DNA of 64,000 nucleotides. Origin: Klebsormidium nitens (taxonomy: Eukaryota; Plantae; Klebsormidiophyceae). Shown piece after piece: positions 25,401 to 38,100 of this stretch (positions are counted from its first letter, which is position 1; the number at the start of each line of letters is the position of its first letter). The stretch spans positions 3,848-67,847 of the forward strand of contig DF237449.1 in assembly GCA_000708835.1 (NCBI GenBank), given 5' to 3'. Made by a program: the position numbers and the translations under genes. Under the pieces are notes generated by a model that made no database searches, was not told the DNA's origin, and worked only from the letters and a program-made list of their open reading frames with translations.

Positions 25401-28400
25401 CGCAAAATAGATCAGAAGAGACAGAAAAGCGGAGCCAAGCTGTCCACCTTCAATCGCGTGCGGGGCTTGGCACTAGACGAGAGTAGGCCGACTCGGATCA
25501 GCGGATCTCGCAGGTCGCTTCTTGCAGGGAGAATGCAGGCACAGAGCGACGACGGCTTACATCCTGGACAGATTTCCGCCCACTGGTAGTACAGCTTTGT
25601 GTTGCTCGCGATGGCCCGCGTAGGCGTTACCAACGGCTTGATCTGCACCACAATCAAAAGATCAGTGATTTTCAAGAACCTTGGCAAGGCTGCCAAAAAC
25701 TCGCCATAAACGTTCAGGTTCTGGAGCATGTGCTCCAACCGTGAACCACAACCAGGGGGAACTGAGCCCTCACAAATGAACGAAGATCGACAGTATCGCT
25801 TTGTAATGGCCTGACGATCAGATCAAGAAGCTGTTCAAAGGCAGGTGCTGCCCGCAGGCAATGGCTAAGGACGTACCTGTAGGTTGTAGCTGAAGAGCGT
25901 CTTGCAGGTGAGTAGCGCGACCCAGAAGAGGCTGTACTTCGCGAGAGACCAGGTGCTCTCGTGCATGCCTCGGCCCACGTAGAGGCTCGTCTGTGAAGGG
26001 AATAAAAGATAAAATAAGCGGATGATGAGCGGAACTGAGAGTTATGATTATGAACAATCGAGGGAGAAGTAGAGCGATAGAAGATGAGAAATGAGCTCAC
26101 TCCTCGATTCCACTGCAGCAATGAGCAGAAGAGACGGTCAAGATACATGGCCGAACTTAGCCCTTCTCGCAGGCTATAACACGCACTTGCTCAGCCATCA
26201 AACTCTTTGGCATGTTCCAGAGCGAATAGACGTAGTACCTGCGACCACCAGAGACTGAGACGGACGATCTTCCAGTTGGACATCTCCAGCTGGCGCTTGA
26301 TGAGGGGGAAGCAGAAGAGAATCAGAGCGAGGGCGTTCGGCAGCAGGTAGATGGCACACACGGAAATGTACAGGGCCCGGCTGTTGAAATCCTGGAGGAG
26401 CAGGCCCTTCAGATCCTTGGCAAAGCCGCCTGCAGGAGACGAGCCGAAAGTCGCGTTTGTACTTACATCTCAAAATCGGATCGAACTCGTCGCAAATTGA
26501 GCTCGAGGCTGTCGTCAATGTCTACAGTGCAGCCGGATACACCTTCACGGGCGCAACCGTGGCACTAAAGTCTTGAAAATTTGCAGTGAGCGAGGAGGAA
26601 CATCAACACGTGCTGTGAAGGAGCAGCTGAGACGGGACCTTATAGAGGGTATGGCGAACGTAAGATTGACTCCCACCTGGATTATCCCACATGTGCACGT
26701 AAAGGACGACGAACAGGATGAACCAGACCAAAGCCACCACCAGCTTGCTGAGGAGGCGAATCATAGTCGAGCCCTTCATCGTCCTGTAAAGCCCCAGGCT
26801 GAACCAGACATCCAGAACAGCTGCAATGGAGATCGAGAATCGAGTGTAAAAATCACGTCACTTCACGTCAGCTATTGACTTGAGTTGATAGTCATACAGG
26901 TTTTGGTTGCGAAAAGCAGTAGAACGTTGCATTATCACCGGCGCGAAAGCTCGTAATGAACCAAAGAACACGCTGTGCATAATGTTTTTGCCACGAGTGA
27001 AGCGCTGCTAGGTTTCGACTGGCCCACCTTGGAGGAGGCGGAGGATGGAAGCCGTGATGAAGACGCTGATGATCTTCTTGAACTCGTCCATGTCCGTGAA
27101 GAAGCTGTACCACTTCGGGCTGTAGGCGATGATGATCAGAGCCTGCATGCGAGGAGTCGTCAGCGTTTGCCAAGGCTCTTTGTCAGAGCTGATCTCCGCT
27201 CCCCGCCATAAATCTAAGCAGTTGACCTTTCTCAGCGAGGTCGGACGAGGCACTAGAATTCTGCAAATATACGTTAGCAGCGGTTTTTCATTCAATGAAC
27301 TTTTAACGTCGCTTTCGATCGACTACAGGGTAATGCTTAAAGCGACGGCTTCCTAAAGAGCATGAAAGGCTTCGTATACAGCAGTGAGACTGCTCCTCAG
27401 AACGATACCTGCAAGAGCAGGATGAAGAAGGTCCACATCCGGTCCCAGCTGCGCCAGAGGTGCCAGAAGGAGCGGTACTCCACGAAGAACGCCTTGCGCT
27501 CCCTCTGCTTCCCCTTGGGCACCACCTGCTTGACCGCGGCGCCGCGGCCCTTGAGCGGCTCCGGAGCGACGAAGAAGTTGGAGTCCAGCTTGAGGGGCCA
27601 GCCGAGGGTGAAGCACCTCTCCTTCCTGTTGCAGACGAGAAGAAGCTCAAAGTCCAGCTTGAGGGTCCAGCCGTGTACGAAGCACTTCTCCTTTCTCTTG
27701 CTAACAAAGACAAGAATGAAGATCAAGGGGACCCTGGCTTTGTCTGTTCTGTGGCAGGAGTGACAGAAGTATGTGCGCTGTCCATTACAGCTTCGAGAAT
27801 GGATTCGGAACGGCCAATTGTTTCTGCGACTCGGACTTCGACATAAGTGCAGGCTGATTGCTTTTAGCTTCGTGCGAATCTCTTCTTCTGGGAAAGACTA
27901 CAACCAAGTATGAAGGCCGGCATGTTGAAGAGTCATATGGCTTCGTTCAACCACATGCTTTGGCCCAAGCAACGTTGCCCATGGATTGAACTTGAGCGCT
28001 GCAACCTTCGAAGAAGCGAAGCTATATCAATGGAGACCAATTCAAGCGACGGAGTACTTGCCAGAAGAACTCGTTGATGTCATCGTAGTTGCGCCAATTC
28101 TCGTGAGGCGCTTTGCCACCGCCGTTGTTCTCGGACTCCTGCGGATGTTTTCGCAAAGTTAAGGTAACACACCCTTCACAAGAGCACGAAGTTCAATCTG
28201 AGCGGTCTGCGCAGACTGGCAATCAGAGTTGCACTAACCATTCGCATCTGGGGGGCGGTGCAGAGCACCTGTCCGAAGGTACATTGCTTTTTCGCTCCGT
28301 CCTAAGCAGTAAATAAGCATATCAAGACCATTTTGCAGGCCTTGCAAAGTTGTATGAAGGCACCCACCTTTCGGATAACCTCGTAGATCGGGATCACCAC

Positions 28401-31378
28401 GTTCATCAAGAAGGCCTTGTCGCTGCCCCCAAAGCCTGGACCAGGATACTCTGGCCGCACATTCTGGCCTGTAGCAAGGCTGACGTTGCCTCCCAGCATC
28501 CCAATGACTTCCCAGGCCATCTGCATGAGCAGAAACGAATGACTCGATGCTGAAGATGTGCTCGTGTTTTTAACGGAAGAAGAACTCAGAAGCTGGCAGC
28601 ATGCACCCCTGCAAATGAAGAGCATCAAAGCAAGGTTGTCGTATATCAACAACTGCAGCTCATCAGCGGACCCCTACAGAAGCAACGCTGTATTCGAAGG
28701 ATCTGAAAACGAGCAACTAAGGTTGCGTATTCACATTGTGGAAGATGTAGGCGAGGCACTCGGGCATGAAACGGAGGTTGCCAGCCTCTCCCCAGATGAG
28801 AAGGAACAGGGCAGTGTAGAGAATCTGCCTCTGGGGGACCTCTTCAGGGGCGTTGGGCAAGCTGTAACAGCAACAAAAAGATGTAAGTGTTGCGAAATTG
28901 ATACAAAGATGCGGACATACTTAGACGCTTCTGTGTTGACAATACATCGCAGCTTAGAATATGTTTCCTGCCTAGGTTTCAAACACTAACGCTGAGTCGC
29001 TGATCAGAAGACCGCAAGAAACCTACGTCAGGTTCTTCTTCCGGTGGAGGAACTTGCACCACTGCTTGTAGTTCTTGGACACCTTGTTCATGACCTCTTT
29101 GATTGCGCGTCCATCCAGCTGCACACAAAACGATAAGAACGTTGTAGAGCTGCCAACGACGAACTGCAAGTGAAGCGCGAGGGAGGCAGCCAGCAATCCA
29201 CCAGCGAGGCTAATCAGAATGATTCTAGAAGAGAGCGGCAAGGTAGGAATGCAGGGTGCAACCATCTGAAGCAGTCCATTAGTAGAGCAGACTTGCAGAA
29301 GTCCGAAAACCTTGGAGACGAAAAATAGGACACACTCACAGGCCCACTTGGATCTGGAGGAGGTTTCCGCAGTCTCGCATGCGTATTGGCCAACAAAAGA
29401 ATCAGGTGCTCGCGCTGGTTTCGAACATTGTCTTTCTGCAGGTTTGAAGAGAGAAGCAGTGATGTCAGAGTGCTTTCTTGCAGAGGACATCAGTGGAGCC
29501 GACCTGCCTTAATGGAGCAGCTAAGGATGCAGAAAACTGCCGAGGTTTATGAAGAGCCACCTGGAAGACAATCAAGTAGAGCAGTCTCAAATCATGGATG
29601 CAGAAGCAATTGATTCTTTTGGGTACCAACCTGAAAGCCGAAGGTCAACTCGAGCCAGTCGAGGATGTCCCAATCTGGTGCCTGGCGGTTGGCACGGCGG
29701 GCACCAGAAGGTGCAGGCAAACCGCCAATCTGCTTCAGGGCATCCACTGCAACCCGTATCTGTGCAAAAACGGAGGTCAACCGTTGTAAGTCTTATGTTC
29801 TGTTACGCAGAGCGTCACTTGGATCCAAATCCTCACGGGCTGCTTTTACCCTTCCATGTAGAGCACAACAATACCGCGCCACACTTGGGAATCTAACCAG
29901 CCTTTGCGTATCTGTCTCCAAGTTGCAAAAAGCACGTTCCCCCTACCTCAGGCAGTTGCATGAGAGCAAGGGACGCCCCTGCTGCATCCAGGGGCAGGAT
30001 GTTGTACGGGATGATTTCGGCAGCCTTTTCTTGCAACTTCTGGCCAGCCTCGAGGTCTTCAGGAGCCACCCTCTCCTCTGGCTTAGCCTTCCTGTCCAAC
30101 GCACACAGCACCTCGAAGAGGACACTTGTAGTATGGTATGCCTGTGCCAAAGCTGCCCTGCAATGACACAACAAGAGAAAAATGTCAGGAAACCAGCAGC
30201 CACTTTGCTGCAGAAAGGGCCTTGACTCTGCATGAGCTAAGGACTCTAGTATCCTCAAATGGCCTGTAGAGACAAAAAAGCAAAGAGTCGATTGAATGGA
30301 GTCATCGTTCTGATCCCCGTCCCTTTCACCAAAATGGCCTCCCAAGGACAAAAAGTAGGAAAAGCAGAACCAGGCGGAAAAATGGTTACCTATGGTTTCA
30401 TTTCACAACCGACCGTTTACCGGTACGGGTAAACAAGTTTGTGGTAATTAGGGCTTTTGAGTGCTAGAAGCAGCCCTATGAAAGTTTCAGAGCGTTAAAC
30501 AACAACCCAACCTAAGGTTATGAGATAGACCTGCTATGTTCCGCATAACAGGTTCTCACTTAGGCTACTTACCTATCGGCATATTCATCGTCCAGGGCTT
30601 TGAGATAGCTGTCATAGCATTCCTTGTAAAAGCTCTGGATCTCTCGAAGGTCTGTGCTTCGCACGCGGGCCTTAAGCGACGGGCCATTTTCCTGCAGATT
30701 GCCAAACAGCAATCAAGCCAGTGTTAGACAATCGAGCTGCTGCATAACCACATTCACACCTCTCGCTGCAAGAGACCTTCTAAGAGGGAAGTCATTCCTC
30801 AAAGTAGTAAACATTCAGTAGATGTGGCAAAGTACAGAACCCGGGACAACTTGAGTGCAGTGCTTTGACGATCCCGCACGTTCAAAGAGCTTTTGGGAGG
30901 ACAGCGAGTGGTGCAGAAAAAGGCCATGTGACTGACCACCTCGAGCCTCTCTAAGAGGGCAGTCTTGAACTGCCTGACTCCTCTCCCACTTGAAGTCCTG
31001 TCCAGCTCATGTGCAGCTTCAAAGGCGTGGAAGCGGCCTGCAGTCACCCAAGTGAGACATGAGACCCTCATTGAGCTCTTTCAAACAGAAGACTTGCTTC
31101 CGTAGATATCTAATAAGGACCAAAAGCTTCAGAAAACCTCTGGGACACAAACATCTGTTCTGCAGTACTCAATCACACTTCGCTGGCAGGCAGCATCAAA
31201 AAGTCGCCTTTATATAAAGGAACTCACAAAGGTATGCCACCCGAGGACGGGCAGACTCAATCTCTTCTGCGGCCACCAGAAACCTCTCAATCCCTGCCAA
31301 CGCCGGTGGCACCTGTCCCTCAGGGTTCCCCCATGTTTGAGGGGGGCGCGAAATGCTTGACACAACAGAAGTCGCCAT
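13446..31378 (-). CDS. GSL: Callose synthase (1,3-beta-glucan synthase, GT48) with N-terminal Vta1-like region; 38 coding exons, about 1910 aa
   Basis: Exons (minus): 31378-31228, 31037-30940, 30691-30573, 30157-29947, 29759-29631, 29435-29340, 29118-29027, 28861-28735, 28520-28368, 28138-28062, 27625-27409, 27142-27028, 26820-26677, 26429-26239, 25990-25877, 25642-25561, 25389-25253, 24992-24870, 24609-24521, 24338-24251, 23916-23756, 23341-23221, 22891-22797, 22499-22379, 21984-21833, 21435-21203, 20766-20508, 20125-20011, 19435-19200, 18817-18734, 18448-18336, 17966-17737, 17347-17141, 16751-16549, 16276-16118, 15137-14909, 14465-14229, 13670-13446. They sum to 5733 nt with all phases consistent. 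Hallmark motifs: [139 protein letters not shown]. Confidence 0.98.
15083..15630 (-). repeat. Five-unit tandem array (about 111-128 bp) of branch point + 3' splice site + first ~55 nt of callose synthase exon 36
   Basis: Acceptor/exon-start copies at 15137 (real), 15248, 15362, 15474 and a degenerate copy near 15605. The extra copies read CTGACACGTGTCACCTGTACAG|GACGGTGGAGGAC on the minus strand; the real one reads CTGACACGTGTCATTATTACAG|. Confidence 0.95.
19115..19157 (-). repeat. Intronic copy of the callose synthase exon 29 end and donor site
   Basis: AGATGTGCTCCCTGACCCCCAG (22 bp) is identical at 19136-19157 and 19210-19231, and TGCCCACTCA occurs at 19115 and 19189; 74-bp offset. The donor GTGAGT is changed to CTGAGT in the copy. 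Confidence 0.85.
27651..27705 (-). repeat. Decayed intronic copy of the callose synthase exon 11 acceptor and exon start
   Basis: AGTCCAGCTTGAGG at 27582 and 27651 (69-bp offset). The copy translates [16 protein letters not shown] versus the real [16 protein letters not shown]. Confidence 0.85.
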
Positions 31379-32425
31379 GCTGACCGCCTGCAAAGATGAC
31401 CGCACATACCCAATTGAGAATACCAAATTAGGGCATCTTTCAGGGGTCTTTCGAGAGATGTCAAATCAAGCAATGAGCTTCGCCAGAACAAGGCAACTTG
31501 AATTTTGCAAGGTCACAAAATCTAAAACCATTATGGACTACCAATGAAGCTCACCTTCTCTCAAAGTCCACTAGCACCTGGACCACGCCCAGATGTCGGC
31601 TTTTGCCACTGAACCTTTCTGATTAGTCTTCTGAGCAGATTAGGGGGATCTCTCTGGTTGGCAATTTCCCCCTCCGGTTGGCCAGGCAAAAGCTGATTCC
31701 TCATGCAGCAAATCAAACAAGAGCAGCTCCTGAGTCCTAAATTGACCCGTCCTTTGAGGCAGAGTGACAATTCAAGCCAGCAGGGCCTACAGATAACGGC
31801 TGCCGTACTGCTTCGACAGCCATGATGCATTCGCGTTTGAGCGCCACCATCAAGTCGAACGCAGCTTCAATTTGCACCTGCTTCGCAACTTCCACGCCGG
31901 GGGAAAAGTTAGGGTTCCCTTGAAGTTGAGCACTCGTGACTCGTGCTCATGTGCAGTGACCAGTCGTGCGTAGTCAGCGAGTGATTCAACGTCGAAGAAG
32001 AAAGCCTCCTATCAGATCCGACAAGAACCAAGCAACAAGCCTGTGTGGTGAGCCTGAAGAGTCTGTCGGATCGAACGGGGAGTTCTCACGTCGGCCTTGA
32101 CGAAAAGGGCGAGGGCAGTGTGGCCATTCTCGATGGACGAGTTTCGAGTTTCAAGTTTCAACTTGACTGCTATCCAGTATTCGCCGTTCGGGCTTACCTG
32201 GCCGTCCGCTCTTCTTGCCAACTGAACTGTTGACGGCCGAGAAGCGGCCATGCTCAAGTTTTAACTTATCTAGAATTTGGTTGGACGGTCAGACGTGTAC
32301 GTGTTGTCCGAGATCCAGACTTGCCCGGCAGGCTCCGACTCTGAGTATAAAGACTCGGCACAAGCTAGAGTCTGAGGCTGGATGCAAGCATGCTGGCTTG
32401 ATGGAAAGGAATTGATGACTGTCAG

Positions 32426-32648
32426 AGCGGGGTCATGCAAGGAGAATCAGTAATTTGGGGACCGGGACCGGGGAGCTGTTGGAAGGGCTGACGTGGCGAG
32501 GTTTAGGATTTTGACCCTGGGCTTTAAGATCAATGATTGGTCAAAAGAAGGCCTAGCCCAGGGGTTTGCCCCTCAACCCCGCCACGTCAGCCCTTCCTAC
32601 AGCTCCCCGGCCCTGGTCCTCAAATTACTGATTCTCCTTGACCCCGCT
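32426..32648. mobile_element. Foldback MITE (same terminal inverted repeat family as 40060-40388; Harbinger-like by inference)
   Basis: Arms 32426-32507 and 32571-32648 are reverse complements with 6 mismatches and one 4-nt indel, around a 63-bp loop. Termini AGCGGGGTC..AAGGAGAATC / GATTCTCCTTGACCCCGCT; flanks CAG and CTG. Confidence 0.85.
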
Positions 32649-35600
32649 CTGTCAGTGTCGGTTATGACCCAAGAGTACTACCCCGGTTAGTGGTAGAAAT
32701 GGAAAGACATCCAGCCCGGTCTCAGAACCAGGACTCCTGTGGGCCCCTACGGGAGGGGAAGGCCAGGAAAGTGTCCCGGTGCAGAGCCCCCGAGTCCTCG
32801 ACGGTCCAATTCAGATCCCAACCGGCCAGGCTAGAACCCCTGGTTAAGTTGCTCATATTGTATATTAAACCCTGACAGTTCCGACTCGTCCGTACTGCCG
32901 TACTGCCGAGGTTAATATTAGTGTAACCCCTGAGTCAAACAAAACGAAAAGGTTACAAAGCAATTTGAAAACTTTCAGGAGAGCGTCATGGTCAAAGTTC
33001 ACGTCGCAGAAGGAAACGCTTCGCTCCCGGTTCCATACGGAGGACCCGGTTAGGGTTAGGGTTTTGTTGGCGGGGCTGCCACACGCAATCAGGCTCAGGT
33101 TCAAGCACGGCTTGACCATGCAGGTGGTCCGACCTTCACATGACGCTGATCAAACGCGAAGGAAGGCGCGCTGCGTGTGCTTGGCAATGTAGTGTTTGGA
33201 TTCTTAACTGGCCAGATGCTTTGAGGCGAGACAATGCCATGCAAGAGGGTCGCTTTCATTGCTCATCCATGGTGTTCAGCAGCAGAAGGAAAACGTTGTT
33301 GAAGATTGCCAGGTGCAGGCAAGAGGCAAAGAAGATGGGAAAAAGTGGCAAAGCTTGCTTTTCAAGGTATATCCAGCAGATTCACTGGGCACAGCACCAC
33401 CTTGCCTTCATGCAAATGCATGCAGGTTCACACCCAATGTGGATTGCCTGATAATAAAGGTGAAAGACTGGGGGATGCAAAGTGGTTCTGACCTGTGCAC
33501 CTGATGCAGGTGAGTGCAGAAGAGATTAAATGGATTTCGTGGCCGTTCAGACTTTTTGTTGCTTACACAGGGTCAGAACATCTTTCCCTTGAACCCTTTG
33601 CTGCTAATCAGCTCGTCTATTCAAACAGTTATAAGCAGTTGTGAACATTCAGACTGCTGATGCATCAAGATTTGAACCAAATCAACTTTCATGGAACAAC
33701 AACCAGCAGATCAACACTGTCATCTACTGTCTCCTCCCTGGCGTTGGATCCTAGTGCCGAAGCCTGGAGGGTTTCAGGGTGTACATCATGTGTGATTGAA
33801 AGTATTTTTAGCACTTACAGGGGACATGCAAGTTTCTCATCGAAACCAGATCAGAAGATAGGCACGCTTGCATTGATTTAGCAAGCTGTTTGGAATTGAT
33901 TCAGCAAGCTGTTTGGCAAAAGCTTCAAACCTGGGAACAACGGAGGCTCTGTCAAATGAAGGTCGTGTTTGATGCATCAGAATGCTCGCTAAGCTAGACT
34001 CCTTAGAGAAAAAGGTTGCTTCTTGAACTTGTCGTTGCCACGCTTCAGATTTTTGGTGGGCTGAAGCGTAAGAAAGATAAACCTGCCCGCGGACGATTAC
34101 AAGCTGTCATATTCCCAGACCCTGTTCTCTTGTTGTAAGATGCGGCAGCTGTCAGGGTTGGAGCGCTGGAGCGTGCGTGACAAGAGGCCGTCCACTCTTT
34201 AGCATCTAAAGCATAACGGGCCAGCCCGGATCAACAACGGAGGAGGCGAAACCCACTTTTGTGGTAAGCTCCAGACGCTACTGTGAGCTTTGGAGCTGAT
34301 AAGGCCCCATTTTAAGCAGACGATGTGCATTATCATCAGCGCCTAGGTCATCCAATGAAGGGCTTGCAAGTATTGGTAGCCTATTCTGACGTTGCCTATC
34401 CTTCGCTTGTTCTCATGCAAACCAATGTAAATAGTAGAGCTCAAAGTAATGTAAGCGATCATTGGCGAAAGGGAGGGCTGATGATGATCGAGCTGCGGGT
34501 TGCAGGTCGTCGCAGAAGTCCCGCAAAGTAAACCAATGCTGCTAAGCACTGCTGCTAGCAGCTCTGGCCGCGCTTCTCTGTCTGTGTGTCAGGGTGAACA
34601 CAAAAAAAAATAGTCTTTGCACCTTATTCGAGTTTAGGAGTTCTTGAAAGCAAACGAGCTACGAAAGGACAGCCGATAAGCATCACGTATGATCGAAGCA
34701 TTGAGAACGCTTGCTCTTGTACCTTCAGGCAGGTTCCTCCTGTGATCTGACATCTGCCCCGGTTGGTCGGATGGACAGACGTTTTGCGGCTTGACTAGGC
34801 CTCGTGCGTACCAACAGCATTATCTGGACGAGCACACCCTCACGAAGGAATTTCAGAGCTTCGCTGATTGAATACAGGTTCCTTCTTAGATACTGGGAGG
34901 CCGCATTTCACCAAAACATGTAGAAAGTTTCTTTGCAGGGCGACACTCAAATGTGAGGATAAGAAAGCTGGGGGAGAGAAGGAACCGGCTCCATTGCAAT
35001 TGTAGAGCGCCGTGGTAAGCTTATGAATTTCTGACGGGATGGAGAATATTGTGAGGCTTCATTCACGGATCTGGTCGAATAGCAATAGAACGACCGAGTA
35101 AAAAGGAATTTGAGTGTAAAACTTTGCTGGGTTGGTCGCTCGTTTGGTAATATATGATATGATTTGCGAACCGCGGCGGACACGTTGCGTTTCTTTGCAA
35201 GATGGGCACGCACCAGCTCTCGATTTCATATCTTTCGGCCTTGGTGCCATTGACAGTGTTTTTGATTCAACATGCATCAGAAGCACCTCTTTTCCAACCA
35301 AGAGCATCAGCGTTCGCACACCATTGACTCTGTGCAGTCTGCCCGCAGCCAGCTGCAATGAGCCTCAGCCGTACGGACAAGGAGACGTGGAACAGAGACC
35401 GGAAGGTAAGACTCGGGCCTTTCAAGCCAGGATCGAAAGATTGAATGCTGGTCAACTGAGTCGACCCAACAGCGGAAGTTCTGCCCGAACGGATAGAAAC
35501 GATGCTTCAATAAGGTGACCGCGTGTGTTCTGAAGGGTCCCTCACATGAATTGCAATTGTGCACATGCAGCAAAGAAAAGCGAAGAAAAAGCATGTTGAG

Positions 35601-36769
35601 CCCCGTAAGGTGAGCATCTTGAGCAGCATTGAGTGATTACTTGTTGATCACCTGATCGAGCACATGAGGCACATCGTTGTGGGTCACCGCATTGACCAGC
35701 ATTTGCGGACGCGCAGAACCGAATCGGTTGAAGACATGGCGCAAAGTGAAGCCTTCACTGTCAGCTCGAAACCTTCTCGACGAAACCTCTTTGATTCTTC
35801 TCGCAGCGGAGCGGCCGGGTGACTGCCGGAATGACTAAAACAGAATGCGGCTGCTAAGAAGCACGTCGGGCCGTCAGCTGTCGGCGGTGAGCTTGTTCTC
35901 AGATGCTGACGTAGTAGCCTTTCATAGAAAGCGGACCGTTGCTTCGACAAACCCTCGTCTACCCATTAACAAGTGCGACGTACGTCAGTGAGGAGTTAAA
36001 ATGGCTCAGTTCCTATGGTCGACTCGTTTTCCTCAAGTATCTCTTTTGAAGCCTCTTCATTCCAGTCTATCACAACCCTTGCTTCATTTTAGCCCTCACT
36101 GAATGCGTACAATCTAGAAAAGCGGGGTCGTGATCTCGTGGACTCGCAAGAAGTAAGTCACGATTCACTGCTAGAATTGAGTTTGCGCTCGTTGGCCGGA
36201 CAACGTTCGAGAGCGTGTTCGTCTCGACCACGGCTTTGCTCATACATGTTCAACAATGAACGGCGAGATGAGAAGATCTCGGCTGCAGCAGCGCTCACTT
36301 GAGCAATCATCTTCGAGCAGATTTGTCTCCTCACCAAAGCTTCAATCGTCCTGATTGCAGGTGACCTCCAAGCAAGCGAAGGCGAGCCGGAAGTCAAGGG
36401 TAACGCTGCTTATCGGAGACGTGGTAAGCAGTCGATGTCATTTGCAGATCCATCACCACCATCTGAGGAATAGCGGGGCTTTATCCATTTCAAAACCCAG
36501 AATTTGTTGCGGCTGTCCTTGTGAGTACGGTTCCTGTGCTTGCAGCAACTTCTCAGGAAAATTCTGGAAGCAGCGTCCTTTCCTTCGAATCGTTTCTTTC
36601 TAACGGTGAAGCATGGGGTCGTTGGACATTGGATACTTGTGGCTGGTTTTCGTCAGTCAGATCCTGGGCCTGCCTAATCAACCTTGTGACAAAACAGCGT
36701 CCATACTTCCGCTCAAGTTTTCGGAAGCAGCATCCGAACACAGAGAACTTTATTTACGGTGCCTTGCAG

Positions 36770-37051
36770 CCTGTCAGGGCCGCTTAAGTCATCTACACCA
36801 AGTCAAGCGATCTAGTCAACGGCGGGCCTCTGGGACACAAGCACCTCGGGGTCATCGTCGAATCGACTGACACGTCGCAAGCCCGGCGGAATGTGCCCAA
36901 GGGCCACACCGCAGCGGAACCCACAAACGGCGAGAGCACGTTGACGGTAGGAGATCTGCTGGTGACGACCGACGTCATCGAATGGCCCAAGAAGCATGTC
37001 GTCGAGATCCTGGCGCCAATTCGAGGGAAGCCTCGAAATGGCGTCAAGTGA
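36770..37051 (+). pseudogene. Relic of the CACTA (En/Spm) ORF2/TnpA-like C-terminal domain
   Basis: After an acceptor (CCTTGCAG|36770) the frame reads PVRAA*VIYTKSSDLVNGGPLGHKHLGVIVES...PTNGESTLTVGDLLVTTDVIEWPKKHVVEI...*. This matches the recalled pattern VA.G.I......VHG.PLG....V.V...P....TVGD.....I.WP...V. There is an in-frame TAA at 36785 and a CACTA end 1.7 kb downstream. Confidence 0.55.
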
Positions 37052-37427
37052 GAGTGCAGGTAAGTCAAAGATTTTTTTCACCGGAGTCCGTTTTCGTGAA
37101 TCACTTGAAAGTAGAGCATTTGAATTTACCTTGGGCCCCGCAGTCGATGCAGCTCCAGACTGCCATCGGCTTGCTCACTTGATGTTCAAAAAGCCTTTTC
37201 GCTTGCCGGTACAGGGGAACATATGATTCGCTTTACGCTGCCATTCTATTACGCCGCTACCAGCCTGCGACCATTTTCGACAAATCTCTCTTTGTTATCC
37301 GAGGTCGTCTCGCTTGTTGTCGCATCCAACCAAAACAAGGTGGCTTCTTGTGGTATACAGTGTGCTGTGTATTAGGCAAATTGCTTCTGGAGGTTCGACT
37401 GAATCTGTCGCTGGTACACGAGCGCTT

Positions 37428-38100
37428 GCTGACGTCACGTTTGCTTTCGTGGTGTTGGGTAGCGAGCAGCCGGTGGCTGTAGATTTTGTGGGACGCGTCC
37501 AGGTTGCGCCCCTCCCGCGCACGCGCAGATTTGGGAGAGCTCGACCAAGATTATTCTTGTGTGTTCGCGGTTGCTGACGTCATTTTCGTTTGCGCAATCC
37601 TGCGAGCGCAAGCGGCCAATGGCCGTGGACGAGAACGTCTTCTTGGAGCGCGTCCCTTCCTCACGCGCGCAAACACGGGAGAGTTTGACCAAAGCCACTG
37701 GCTGTCATCTCGCCCCTGCTGACGTCATCTCCGCTTGCGCAGTTCTGCAATCGTGAGCAGCCGGTGCCGTGGAGCAGGACGTCTACTCGGGTCGCGCCCC
37801 TCTCGCGCGCGCGCAAACACGGGCTGGCTCGACTCTATTACTTTCGCCTTTGCTGACGTCATATTCGTTCTCGCAGTTCTGCTGGCGCGAGCCGCGCGCG
37901 GCTGTGAAGCAGACTCGCAACTGGTATTCATGCCGCGCCCCTTTCGCATGCGCGCGAGACACGGTGAGATTCCAATAAAGCGGCTGTTGACATGCATGTT
38001 TGCTCGCGCAGTATTGAAAGGCCGGCGAGCAGAAGTTGGTTAAGCGGAACGTCTTCCAGATAATGCGTACAGGTCGCGCCCTCCCGCACGCGCACGAAAC
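37428..38100. repeat. Diverged tandem array of five ~134-145 bp GC-rich units with a conserved TGACGTCA core
   Basis: TGACGTCA at 37430, 37575, 37720 and 37854, with variant TGACATGCA at 37988 (spacings 145, 145, 134, 134). Each unit also has a CGCGCCCCTC..CGCGCGCAAACACGGG-like block. Confidence 0.85.

Noticed and set aside
33050-33061. Interstitial telomeric repeat (TTAGGG)2
   Set aside because: Only two units; expected by chance.
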